In this document: positions 29,861-39,211 of the stretch, one piece after another
Layout: every line of letters begins with the position of its first letter
How positions within the stretch are numbered: the stretch's first letter is position 1
Assembly (NCBI GenBank): GCA_052169975.1
Contig: JBQNBK010000001.1
Coordinates: 1 to 49,868 of the forward strand
DNA: 49,868 nucleotides
Reading direction: 5' to 3'
Origin: Treponema sp.
Lineage (GTDB): Bacteria; Spirochaetota; Spirochaetia; Treponematales; Treponemataceae
Notes under the pieces: model-generated
Database searches by the model: none
What the model saw: the letters and a program-made list of their open reading frames with translations, nothing else
Told to the model about the DNA's origin: nothing
Position numbers and translations under genes: made by a program

Positions 29861-32800
29861 ATGAAAAAACTCGCAATATTTTCCGTTGCTACAATTCTTT
29901 TTCTTTTTGTTTCTTGTATACAAAATAATTTTGGAGAGAGCCAAGGAGATTATGGAACAGTTGTTTTTGATCTAACAGGAGGTAATGTAAGATCTATTAA
30001 TGAATCAACTGCACTTCCTGAGCTTTCAAATTCCAATATGAGAATTGTTGTGGAATCTAATGGCAAAAAAATAGATGAAAAAGATTTTAAAGATAAAGAA
30101 GAAAGAAAATATAAAAAGTCTTTCTTGGTGGGAAGTAAAATAAAGTTTATTGTTATTGTTATGACAAAGGGCGGAAAGTGGAAAGGCATTCAAGAACACA
30201 CTGTGGTAAGTGGTGTTAATTCTTTGAATGTTAAGTTAAAAAAAGCAGTTGCTTCAGTTGAACCTTTAAAGTTTAAGCTAACTCCTCAAGAGGGTAATTA
30301 TTCTGCCAAATTTAGTCTAGGCTTCTTTGATGAAACACCTTTTTTTGATGAAGAGGTTTCATCTGATGAATATAATTGGCTAATTCCTTCGTTTTGCCGA
30401 GACCAAAAAGGGAGAATCTATGTTTTTTATAAAGGAAAAGATGGAGGTGCTGAAGAAAAGGCTTTTATAAGACGGTATACGAGTGAAGGCGATGAAGATG
30501 ATAAATTTACTTATGAACTAGGAGCAGCCCAAAAAACTAATTTTATTATTACCTCTGACCAAAAAACAGGTGCTGTGTTTGCATCTTATATAGATTTAGG
30601 GGCACATAAAACTGAGTTATTCTTTGTGGAAGAAGGAAAACCTGCAACATTAGGGAATAGTATAGCACCAGCAGTGCCTATGGGTGATGTATATGCAATA
30701 AGTGTATATGATAATATTTTTTCTTTTGTAATGAAGGGGTCAGATTATATTGAGTTTTATAAGTATGATGCTAAGAATAAATCTGTTTCGCCAATGGGAA
30801 AAAAAGAAATAAGCGCTAATACTTTACGAATGAATGTGAAAGGAAGTGACCCAAGTGAGCCTGCAACAAGCGGTGAATATGTTGATTCCTTTATGAATGA
30901 TAAAAATATCTACCTTATGTTTAGATATACTAATGGTAAATATTTTGCTTCGACCGGTATGATTTTAAAGTGCGACTATGCTGTTGGAGAGGGCGGTGTT
31001 GTTGTTAGCGATTTTAAAAAACTTTTGACTAAAAATGAGTATATTGCGGATGAGCATAACATCATCAACATTGAAGATGAGGCAACTGAGCTTTATGGAC
31101 CACAGAAATTTGTAGGCTTTAACGAAGATGTTTTGTATATTGCAGATGATGGCGTTGTTCAAGAATATGAAGCTGGCACTCCTCAGCTTAGCAAAAACAA
31201 AAATAGGTTAGTAAACTTTAGCTTAAAAAATGAAAGTATTTCAATTGAAAAAGGTAAGGCTAATCTTCCTGAAACATGGATGCCAGAGGCAAAACCTATA
31301 GAAAAAACAAAGCCAACGGTGTTTTTTAGCTATGAGAAGACTCCGTCAGACACTTTTGCTAAAATAAAGCTACATGACGGAAGCAATTTTTTAACTTTTG
31401 AGGGTGATAAGCAAGTTTTAGATATTGGAAACCCAAATAAAGATGGTCTTAGGTATATTATTGACTCATCTGGTAATTTTTATGTGTTACATGTAGATTT
31501 TACTAGTCCTAATGCATTAAAAAAATATTCGCCACACAAAAGTGGAAATAATGTTGTGTATGAACGTGATCATGGTTTCCCAGATAATTTGGCAGATGCT
31601 GATGACACTAACCTTGTAACTAACTTATATTATGATAATGTAAAAAAAGACTTGTATTATTATATTGGCTCTCTTAATAACCTATACAAGCTTAAAAGAA
31701 GACACTGGAAAAAGATAGAAAGAGGCAATTATACGTTCAAACCAGAGGCTATGGTTATTTATGATGGAAGGGTTTGGGCATATAATGATGTCAATAAAAA
31801 GATAGAAAATATAGGCATAAAGGAAGATGATAAGTTAGAAGATAATTCTGTTGAATTAGCCTTACCAACAGAGCTTAAAACAGAGCTTGGGGGTAAGAAA
31901 ATTTGGAATCTTTCAATGTATGATGATGTTCTTTATTTCTTGTATTCAGGAGGTAATGATCGCAACATTTCTACTTTAGCAATGCAAAAAGATAATTTGA
32001 ATAATGTAAAAACTGAAAAATCAATTTTTGTGTTGCCACAAATCCTAGAATATGTAAGACCAATAGGCTTTGATAAAGAGAATGGAGTGAAGTTTTTTAT
32101 TGACGAGATAAAAAAAGATTATGATGGAAGGGTTTTTACAAATGAAGATAAATATGTTTCATTAAACTACACTCCTACTGCTCTTTCTGCCACACCACAT
32201 AATCTTCCTTCTAATGATATTACTTGGTATGAACAAAAGCCTGTTTGGCCAGGCACAAAGCAGATTATGCTATGGCGTAGTATTAATAGTAATTTTAGTA
32301 TTCCTAATACTGCTAAAGAAACAAAGTATTTTGCAGTTCTTGAAGATGCAATAAAATCAGGACGATTGCCTACAGAAATATCTCTTGAAGGTAATAGTTA
32401 TTACAATGTTTATAACAAATTTTGCTATGACCAATTTGGAAACTTATATGTATTAATTCAAAAAGCTCCTAGGTACTATGTTGTGCGTTTTCCATTAAAT
32501 GATAAAGGAGAATATGATTTTAAAATATTAGGTGAGAAAATAAAGGATAGTACTTTTGATAATTGGAATGCAAAGTTTGATGTAACCAGTGGTAGTCTTA
32601 ATAATAATGTTGATAAGTTTATTATGGCAGTTTATGCGGATACTCCTGATTCAGGTACACTGTATTATAGAGTGTTTGATCCTCCCAATACGATTGATAT
32701 CAAAAGTAATAATTTTACTGTTAAAAACTTTAATCAAAATACTAGTTACCAATGGATGAGTGTGCCAGAAAAATATAATGCTACAGCCTCTTCTGCATTT

Positions 32801-33610
32801 GAAAGGCAATTTATGGCTATGGCAGCAAATAAAGATGGTGTATTTATAGCAGAAAAAGATTTAGAATATGTGCAAGTATCAGGCAACCCAAATAAATATT
32901 ATAAGAACTATGGTATAGATGTTAGAAAGTATCCTCTTTATAATAAGGATAACCCAACTTCTTCAATCCCCTATGAATCACCACAAGGAACGATAAACTT
33001 AGTGAGTCATGGTACACTTACTAACATGTTTAAGAATTATAATCAGCCAAATGCCCCAACAAATCCTGGATTGCAAGATGGTCATGCACAATGGGATGAA
33101 TATATTCAAGAAAGTATTTCTGATATGTATGCTTATGATGGTGCTTTATATATGCTTTCTTATAAACAAGTTGGTGGATTCTCTTTTGATACTCCAAATA
33201 ATGGGGAGCCTAAATTTAACAAAGCAATAGTTTCTGGCAATTTGTTGAAGATTGGGGATACTAAGTTTACAGGAACTTCTGGTACCGCTAAATCTATTGC
33301 TTCATCTGAAAGTCTTCATTCAAACCCTGTTGCAAAATTTGCTCCTTCTCATATTATTGGAGTGTTGCCCAAAAAGATTGTTATAGCCTCTAATGGATAT
33401 CATGGATACAAGCTTAAAGGAGGCACTGATGATGGTAAGCAACAAGGTGATAACTATGACAAGGTTTATTTCATTAATCTAGGAGAAGTGGAAAAATTGG
33501 AAGAGGCAGAAATAAACAATGCAAAATTCTTTAACTTTCAAATTAAGCATTACACAGAAGCAGAACTTTTAGGTGCTTCACCATCAACTTCTGCTTTTAT
33601 ATTTGAATAA
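29861..33610 (+). CDS. Large surface lipoprotein with three internally repeated beta-rich modules
   Basis: MKKLAIF...LFVSC lipobox; recurring D-x-x-G-(R/N)-x-Y-V motif; AGGAG SD. Confidence 0.85.
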   Translation: MKKLAIFSVATILFLFVSCIQNNFGESQGDYGTVVFDLTGGNVRSINESTALPELSNSNMRIVVESNGKKIDEKDFKDKEERKYKKSFLVGSKIKFIVIVMTKGGKWKGIQEHTVVSGVNSLNVKLKKAVASVEPLKFKLTPQEGNYSAKFSLGFFDETPFFDEEVSSDEYNWLIPSFCRDQKGRIYVFYKGKDGGAEEKAFIRRYTSEGDEDDKFTYELGAAQKTNFIITSDQKTGAVFASYIDLGAHKTELFFVEEGKPATLGNSIAPAVPMGDVYAISVYDNIFSFVMKGSDYIEFYKYDAKNKSVSPMGKKEISANTLRMNVKGSDPSEPATSGEYVDSFMNDKNIYLMFRYTNGKYFASTGMILKCDYAVGEGGVVVSDFKKLLTKNEYIADEHNIINIEDEATELYGPQKFVGFNEDVLYIADDGVVQEYEAGTPQLSKNKNRLVNFSLKNESISIEKGKANLPETWMPEAKPIEKTKPTVFFSYEKTPSDTFAKIKLHDGSNFLTFEGDKQVLDIGNPNKDGLRYIIDSSGNFYVLHVDFTSPNALKKYSPHKSGNNVVYERDHGFPDNLADADDTNLVTNLYYDNVKKDLYYYIGSLNNLYKLKRRHWKKIERGNYTFKPEAMVIYDGRVWAYNDVNKKIENIGIKEDDKLEDNSVELALPTELKTELGGKKIWNLSMYDDVLYFLYSGGNDRNISTLAMQKDNLNNVKTEKSIFVLPQILEYVRPIGFDKENGVKFFIDEIKKDYDGRVFTNEDKYVSLNYTPTALSATPHNLPSNDITWYEQKPVWPGTKQIMLWRSINSNFSIPNTAKETKYFAVLEDAIKSGRLPTEISLEGNSYYNVYNKFCYDQFGNLYVLIQKAPRYYVVRFPLNDKGEYDFKILGEKIKDSTFDNWNAKFDVTSGSLNNNVDKFIMAVYADTPDSGTLYYRVFDPPNTIDIKSNNFTVKNFNQNTSYQWMSVPEKYNATASSAFERQFMAMAANKDGVFIAEKDLEYVQVSGNPNKYYKNYGIDVRKYPLYNKDNPTSSIPYESPQGTINLVSHGTLTNMFKNYNQPNAPTNPGLQDGHAQWDEYIQESISDMYAYDGALYMLSYKQVGGFSFDTPNNGEPKFNKAIVSGNLLKIGDTKFTGTSGTAKSIASSESLHSNPVAKFAPSHIIGVLPKKIVIASNGYHGYKLKGGTDDGKQQGDNYDKVYFINLGEVEKLEEAEINNAKFFNFQIKHYTEAELLGASPSTSAFIFE

Positions 33611-33619
33611 AACTTTGAA

Positions 33620-33732
33620 AACACTTTTAAGCATTTGCGTGCTAATGGCACGCTTAAGTGCTTTTACCGGCTTTACTGTATAGTATAAAGAGAGAGGCGA
33701 CTTCTTATGATAAGAAGTTGCCTCTTTTTTTT
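33620..33732 (+). repeat. Two-hairpin repeat, copy A (diverged); includes an intrinsic terminator
   Basis: First 23 nt identical to 35593-35615; terminator AGAGGCGACTTCTT/AAGAAGTTGCCTCT + T run at 33693-33732. Confidence 0.8.
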
Positions 33733-33793
33733 GTTTTAGTATATAATATAAACATTCCAAAAGACTGATATTTTTAGAGATTTCTATATCTAT

Positions 33794-34591
33794 ATGATAA
33801 ATAAAAAAATGAAAGAGTTTGATGAACTCACAATACAAGATGACTTTATATTTTATAAACTTATGCAAAATAAAGGTTTATGTACTAAAATTATTCAAAC
33901 ACTTTTGAGTAGCAAGATAGGAAAGATCATTGAACTTACACCACAAAACATAATAAAAAATACATATGGCTCTAAAGGTGTGCGACTTGATATTTTAGCA
34001 AAAGATGAAAAGCAGAGATTATATAATATAGAAATGCAAATGATGAATGAGTATTATATAGTTTTTAGGCTGAGATACTACCAGGCTTCTATAGATATAT
34101 CTTCACTTGAAAGTGGACAGGGTTATAATGAATTACCAAATGTCATCATTGTGTTTTTGTGTAACAAAGATTCTTTAGCGTATAATCTTCCTGTATACAC
34201 ATTGAAAAATTATTGCTTACAAACAAATAGCATAGTAGATGATGGAACGACACATATGATAATAAATTATTCATTATATGAGTTAATAAAGGATGAAGAA
34301 TTACGAGCTTTTTGTAGATATTGTAAAACAAAAGAAATTACTAGCAAACTTACTGAGGAGATAGACAATATGATAAGTAATATAAAACAGAATGAATTGG
34401 CAAGACAAGAGTATAGTTTTTTATTTAATCGATATCCTGATGATATACAACTTGCCATACAAGAAGGTAGGCAAAAAGGTGTGGCGGAAGGTATACTAAC
34501 AACAGCTAAGCGAATGAAAGAAAATGATTTTGATATTTCTACAATTGCTAAAATAACAGGGCTTTCAAAACAAGAAATAGAATATTTATAA
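33794..34591 (+). CDS. Rpn family recombination-promoting nuclease / PD-(D/E)XK putative transposase
   Basis: DDFIFYKLM, KGVRLDI, NIEMQ, RLRYYQASID, C-terminal EGRQKG...IAKITGLS. Confidence 0.92.
   Translation: MINKKMKEFDELTIQDDFIFYKLMQNKGLCTKIIQTLLSSKIGKIIELTPQNIIKNTYGSKGVRLDILAKDEKQRLYNIEMQMMNEYYIVFRLRYYQASIDISSLESGQGYNELPNVIIVFLCNKDSLAYNLPVYTLKNYCLQTNSIVDDGTTHMIINYSLYELIKDEELRAFCRYCKTKEITSKLTEEIDNMISNIKQNELARQEYSFLFNRYPDDIQLAIQEGRQKGVAEGILTTAKRMKENDFDISTIAKITGLSKQEIEYL
34370..34591 (+). CDS. Putative intragenic small protein (RpnS-like), 73 aa
   Basis: GAGGAG (34355-34360) 9 nt before in-frame ATG 34370. Confidence 0.5.
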   Translation: MISNIKQNELARQEYSFLFNRYPDDIQLAIQEGRQKGVAEGILTTAKRMKENDFDISTIAKITGLSKQEIEYL

Positions 34592-34596
34592 TTCTC

Positions 34597-34737
34597 ATGT
34601 TACACAAAATAGATAGTTTTCAACAAACACTTTTAAGTATTTGCGTGCCAATTTATGGTACGCAAATGTTTTTGCAAGCTTTACTAGAAAGCATAAAACA
34701 AGAGGGGACTTCTTTTAATGAGAAGTTACCTGTTTTT
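34597..34737 (+). pseudogene. Duplicated 5' fragment of the GT2 gene (two-hairpin repeat, copy B)
   Basis: 34626-34737 matches 35593-35704 at 108/112 nt; encodes TLLSICVPIYGTQMFLQALLESIK; the ORF runs on to 34806 in unrelated sequence. Confidence 0.88.
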
Positions 34738-34762
34738 TTATTTTTCTGTATAGGGTATTTAC

Positions 34763-35557
34763 ATGAAAAAACGGAAGCAGTTTGCAGAACTTACAATTCA
34801 AGATGACTTTATGTTTTGTAAGGTTATGCAAAACATGAATATTTGCAAACAAGTTTTGGAACTTGTATTGAAAGAGGAGAATATACATATTAAAAAAATC
34901 TCGGTACAACATACTATAGAGAATAATTCAGAGATCAAGTCAGTGCGTCTTGATGTTCTTGCTGAAGATGAAAATGAAAATAAATTCGATATTGAGATGC
35001 AAATGGTAAACAATGATAAAATCCCTAAAAGGATGCGTCTTTACCAAGCTAGTATTGATGTTTACACTATAGATAAGGGTATGTTGTATGCTGATATGCC
35101 TGATACAATAATTATATTTTTCTGCATGTTTGACCCAATATGCAAAGGATTGCCAATTTATACGTTTGAAAATACTTGTCAGGAAAACAAGGATATAAAA
35201 CTAAACGATGGAACATTTAAGATTATCATAAATGTTAAAGCATATGAAAAAGTGAAAAACCCTGAATTGAAAAAACTATTAAAATATATCTGTGATGGGA
35301 TTGTGACAAACTCACTAACGGAGGAAATCGAAATGAATGTGGCAACAATAAAACAAAATCAAGTCTTTTTGAAAGAGTATGAGTCTTTTTATGCAAGAAT
35401 GCAAGACGAAAGAGCAGAAGGAAGAAAAGAAGGAAGAAAAGAAGGAGAAAAGATGAAAGCTCTTGAAACAGCATCTCGTATGAAACAGGCTAATTGCGAC
35501 ATATCTTTTATCGCTAACATGACAGGGCTTACCCAAGAAGAGATTCAAATACTATAG
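34763..35557 (+). CDS. Rpn family recombination-promoting nuclease / PD-(D/E)XK putative transposase
   Basis: DDFMFCKVM, KSVRLDV, DIEMQ, RMRLYQASID, EGRKEGRKEG repeats (12-bp units 35417-35452), IANMTGLT. Confidence 0.93.
   Translation: MKKRKQFAELTIQDDFMFCKVMQNMNICKQVLELVLKEENIHIKKISVQHTIENNSEIKSVRLDVLAEDENENKFDIEMQMVNNDKIPKRMRLYQASIDVYTIDKGMLYADMPDTIIIFFCMFDPICKGLPIYTFENTCQENKDIKLNDGTFKIIINVKAYEKVKNPELKKLLKYICDGIVTNSLTEEIEMNVATIKQNQVFLKEYESFYARMQDERAEGRKEGRKEGEKMKALETASRMKQANCDISFIANMTGLTQEEIQIL
35333..35557 (+). CDS. Putative intragenic small protein (RpnS-like), 74 aa
   Basis: GGAGG (35320-35324) 8 nt before in-frame ATG 35333. Confidence 0.55.
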   Translation: MNVATIKQNQVFLKEYESFYARMQDERAEGRKEGRKEGEKMKALETASRMKQANCDISFIANMTGLTQEEIQIL

Positions 35558-35566
35558 ATTTTTGCT

Positions 35567-36673
35567 ATGTATTGTGTAAACTCAAATACTTCAACACTTT
35601 TAAGCATTTGCGTGCCAATTTATGGTACGCAAATGTTTTTGCAAGCTTTACTAGAAAGCATAAAAGAAGAGGTAACTTCTTTTAATGAGAAGTTACCTGT
35701 TTTTCTTGAAGAAAGATTTTCTTATATTGAACAAGATGTAATCAATAGCTTTTTAAGTTTTGTTTCAAGCTATAAAATGCTTTTTGAAGTGATTATTGTG
35801 GACGATGGCACTCAAGAAAAGAATGCAAAAAAACTTATCAATAAGGTCATAAAAGAGGCTCAAAAAGATATCAAAAAATATTGCAATGCAGATTTAATTT
35901 TAATAGAACATAGTAGGAATTTAGGGCTTGTGGAAGCAAGACGATCTGCCATTTTTGAAGCAAAAGGAAAATGGTGTATGTTTGTTGATTCTGATGATGA
36001 ATTACCAGAATTTTCTATTATGAGTCTTTTATGTAATGCCTATTTTTCAAAAGCGGATATTGTGCATGGAAAGGCAAGGTTAGATGTAAGTGAAGTACGA
36101 GAAGATTTGTATTCAACTGAAAAAATTTTAATGTTGGAAAAAACTATACAAAATGTTCATAATGGAATATTAAAAGCCGAAGAGATATTGAATAATTTCC
36201 TGATAGAAAAAGGTCATGTAGGCTTTTTGTGGAGCAAAATATATTTAACAGAAATAGTTAAAGAAGCTTTTGAAGATATTCCTCGAACTTATTGTGTGAT
36301 GACAGAAGATTTATTAATTTATTTTTTTATTTTGCAACATGCAAAAAGTTATTTGGGTATTGAAGATTTTGTCTACACTTATTATTTAGGAAGAGGTGTT
36401 ACTGGAAACACTGATATTTCTTCTATTGCACAGTGGGAAAGAGCTTCTACAGGAGGAGCTACTTTTACAATAATATTTGATTACTTAACTACCCAACCTC
36501 TTAATGAAGACTTGCGTGAGGCTTTGGAAAAGCTTTGTTTTTATCATGTAATTCAAAATGTAAAGCATTTGAAAAGAGTTGTTCCTGAATTAAAGGAAGA
36601 AGCTCGAAATATTCTCATTGAATATTGGGGAGATAACATGGTGAAAGAGGCAGAAGAATATATAGATAATTGA
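35567..36673 (+). CDS. Glycosyltransferase family 2
   Basis: LSICVPIYG, EVIIVDDG, NLGLVEAR, FVDSDD, LWSKIY, TED. Confidence 0.92.
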   Translation: MYCVNSNTSTLLSICVPIYGTQMFLQALLESIKEEVTSFNEKLPVFLEERFSYIEQDVINSFLSFVSSYKMLFEVIIVDDGTQEKNAKKLINKVIKEAQKDIKKYCNADLILIEHSRNLGLVEARRSAIFEAKGKWCMFVDSDDELPEFSIMSLLCNAYFSKADIVHGKARLDVSEVREDLYSTEKILMLEKTIQNVHNGILKAEEILNNFLIEKGHVGFLWSKIYLTEIVKEAFEDIPRTYCVMTEDLLIYFFILQHAKSYLGIEDFVYTYYLGRGVTGNTDISSIAQWERASTGGATFTIIFDYLTTQPLNEDLREALEKLCFYHVIQNVKHLKRVVPELKEEARNILIEYWGDNMVKEAEEYIDN

Positions 36674-36698
36674 CCTATCTTTTGTTATTTTGTAATAT
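36670..36698 (+). promoter_or_regulatory. Sigma70-type promoter giving a leaderless def transcript
   Basis: TTGACC-17 nt-TAATAT-6 nt-ATG; no SD. Confidence 0.55.
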
Positions 36699-36704
36699 CT
36701 TTGC

Positions 36705-37205
36705 ATGGAAATATTGAAAATGGGAGAAGAAACATTAAGAGAAGTTTCTAGCCCTCTATCTTGTATAAATGATGAGATAAAAAAACTAATTGATGAAATG
36801 TTTGTCACATTAGAAAAAAGTAATGGAATAGGTTTGGCAGCTCCTCAAGTTGGTAAGAATATTAGGCTTTTTATTGTACAACTTGAAGAAAATGAAGGTT
36901 TAGTCTTCATTAATCCAGAAATTATAAGGACTTCAGATGAAGTATGTTCTATGGAAGAAGGCTGTTTGAGTATTCCTAAAATATATGAAAAAGTTGTACG
37001 TCCAAAAAGCATAACATTGCAATTTATGGATATTAATGGTAAAAAACAACTTATTAAGGCAGAAGGGCTTTTGGCTCGTGTTATTCAACATGAGTATGAT
37101 CACTTAAATGGTGTTTTGTTTGTTGATAGGCTTGAAGAAGAAACCAAAGAAAAGGCTATAGGTAGATTTAAAAAGCTACATGGAAAAAACAAAAAACATG
37201 CTTAA
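36705..37205 (+). CDS. def: Peptide deformylase
   Basis: GIGLAAPQVG, EGCLSIP, QHEYDHLNG. Confidence 0.97.
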   Translation: MEILKMGEETLREVSSPLSCINDEIKKLIDEMFVTLEKSNGIGLAAPQVGKNIRLFIVQLEENEGLVFINPEIIRTSDEVCSMEEGCLSIPKIYEKVVRPKSITLQFMDINGKKQLIKAEGLLARVIQHEYDHLNGVLFVDRLEEETKEKAIGRFKKLHGKNKKHA

Positions 37206-38202
37206 TGTCTTATTTGCAGGAACGCCATCTTTTGTCATTCCATCTATTAATCTTATTGCTATTAAATTTAATCTTGTTGGTGTTTTAACTGCTCCTAGCA
37301 CAAGGCGTGGCAGGAAAATGGAAGTGCAGAACTCTGATGTCTTTAATGCTTATGAAGAGCTAAAAAATACAGATAAATTAGCACAAAATATTCCAATATT
37401 TACTCCTAAAAAACTAGATGATGAATTAATGAGTGCTATTAAAGAATTGCAACCAGATTTATTGGTTTGTTTTGCTTATGGCAAAATCTTTACAAAGCAA
37501 TTTATGTCTCTTTTTAAGAAGGGGGGAATCAATATTCATCCATCATTACTACCAAAATGGAGAGGTCCTGCTCCAATACCTTTTGCTATGTGGAATGGGG
37601 AATTTGAAACAGGTATCTCTATTCAAACAATAAAAGAAGCTCTTGATTCTGGAGATATCTTACTTCAAGAAAAGTTTAAAATAGAAAAGGATGAAATAGC
37701 AACTGAAGTTTTAGAAAATAAGGTTTCAAAACAAGCTGTTGTGATGTTGGAAAAAGTATTGGATAACTTTGATGAATACTTGGTAAATGCAAAACTGCAA
37801 AATGAAAAAGAAGCTACTTATTCAAGACTATTAAATAAAACTGATGGTTTAATTGATTGGTCTAATAGTGCTGAAAAAATAGAAAGACAAATTCATGCTT
37901 TTGCGACATGGCCGGGTACTTACACTTTTTGTAATGGAAAAAAATTAAATATAATTAATGCACATGTGCATAATGAAAAAGATAACTTAAAATATGAAGC
38001 TGGTAAGATATTGGGCAAAAATGAGGGTATTCTTGTTGCTACTGGTGATGGTGTTTTAGTTATTGATGAATTGCAATGGGAAACAAAGAAAAAGCTTAAA
38101 TGGAAAGATTTTTTAAATGGTTCTCCTAATTTTTTAAGTTCAACGCTTGGGAATATGTCCTATTTTATGGAGATGGATGATGGGTCTAAACAAAAAAATT
38201 GA
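37198..38202 (+). CDS. fmt: Methionyl-tRNA formyltransferase
   Basis: FAGTP, AYGKI, NIHPSLLPKWRGPAPI, LDSGD, IDWS; start at ATG 37198 preferred to 37180. Confidence 0.95.
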   Translation: MLNVLFAGTPSFVIPSINLIAIKFNLVGVLTAPSTRRGRKMEVQNSDVFNAYEELKNTDKLAQNIPIFTPKKLDDELMSAIKELQPDLLVCFAYGKIFTKQFMSLFKKGGINIHPSLLPKWRGPAPIPFAMWNGEFETGISIQTIKEALDSGDILLQEKFKIEKDEIATEVLENKVSKQAVVMLEKVLDNFDEYLVNAKLQNEKEATYSRLLNKTDGLIDWSNSAEKIERQIHAFATWPGTYTFCNGKKLNIINAHVHNEKDNLKYEAGKILGKNEGILVATGDGVLVIDELQWETKKKLKWKDFLNGSPNFLSSTLGNMSYFMEMDDGSKQKN

Positions 38203-39211
38203 AGATAATGCTTCTATAATCATTATTACTTCTTTGGTTATGCTAATAGTGGTGATATTAGTTTCTGTTGTGGTTTTTTTTGCTTATTTAAACACAGAAG
38301 ATCAAGTTTTGGTGCCAAGTGTTGAAGGCAGCACTCTTGAAGATGCGTTGGTTGAATTGCAGGCAAAAGAGCTTTATCCACGCTTACAATTAAGGTTTTC
38401 TGATGACCCTTTAGAGAGGGGAAGAGTATTGAGCCAAAGCCCAACTGCAGGCACTGTTGCAAAAGCGGGAAGACGCATCACTTTAGTTGTTAGTAGAGGT
38501 ACTGTAATAGAAAAAGTTGACAATTATGTTGGCAAAAATATTAAAGATGTAAAAAGCTTATTTGCTTCAATTTTTACATCAAACTCTAAAAAGCTTATCA
38601 TTATTAAAGAACCATACATGTATAAAAATGATGAATCACCTGAAGGCACAATTTTAGAGCAAAATCCTCCAGCAGGTACAGAGATTAGTTCCACAGTGGA
38701 AATTGAATTTGTTGTTAGTAAAGGAAACTATGTTGAAGAGGTGGAAGTGCCAAACTTTGTGGATATGGATTTAGAACATTTATATCGAGTTATGGCTTCA
38801 ACACCTTTGCTTTTTAATTTTGTTAGTGGAAAAGCATTGGATGTTTCATTCCCACGTGTTGCAGAACAAAGCATAGCTCAAGGAGAAAAGTTGCCACCTT
38901 ATTCCACAATTCAATTAACTTTAGCTTTTCCACAAAAACAAGATAATAATTTAGTTTTTGGTGTGTATTATGCTGACTTACCACGATATCCATATCCTGT
39001 AACAATTTCGTGTGATGTGGTGAATCCAGATGGTTCTAATAGTACTATTGTGGAATTACAACATTATGGCGGTTCTTTCCAGTTTCCTTATTATTTAGCA
39101 CATGGTTCAATTGTAACTATCACAGCATTAAATGAAGCTGTTAAAGTGTTTGAAGTTGTTGGCGAAAAGCAGCAAAAAGATGATGTAGGAGCTGAAGAAG
39201 TCTATGAATAA
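38177..39211 (+). CDS. PASTA domain membrane protein
   Basis: TM followed by three PASTA-like repeats (VPSVEG..SQSP.AG; ILEQNPPAG; VPNFV); ATG 38177 after GGAG. Confidence 0.85.
   Translation: MMGLNKKIEDNASIIIITSLVMLIVVILVSVVVFFAYLNTEDQVLVPSVEGSTLEDALVELQAKELYPRLQLRFSDDPLERGRVLSQSPTAGTVAKAGRRITLVVSRGTVIEKVDNYVGKNIKDVKSLFASIFTSNSKKLIIIKEPYMYKNDESPEGTILEQNPPAGTEISSTVEIEFVVSKGNYVEEVEVPNFVDMDLEHLYRVMASTPLLFNFVSGKALDVSFPRVAEQSIAQGEKLPPYSTIQLTLAFPQKQDNNLVFGVYYADLPRYPYPVTISCDVVNPDGSNSTIVELQHYGGSFQFPYYLAHGSIVTITALNEAVKVFEVVGEKQQKDDVGAEEVYE

Noticed and set aside
33620..33665. Integron attC interpretation of the Rpn-flanking hairpin
   Set aside because: No RYYYAAC...GTTRRRY core pair and no integron integrase in the window
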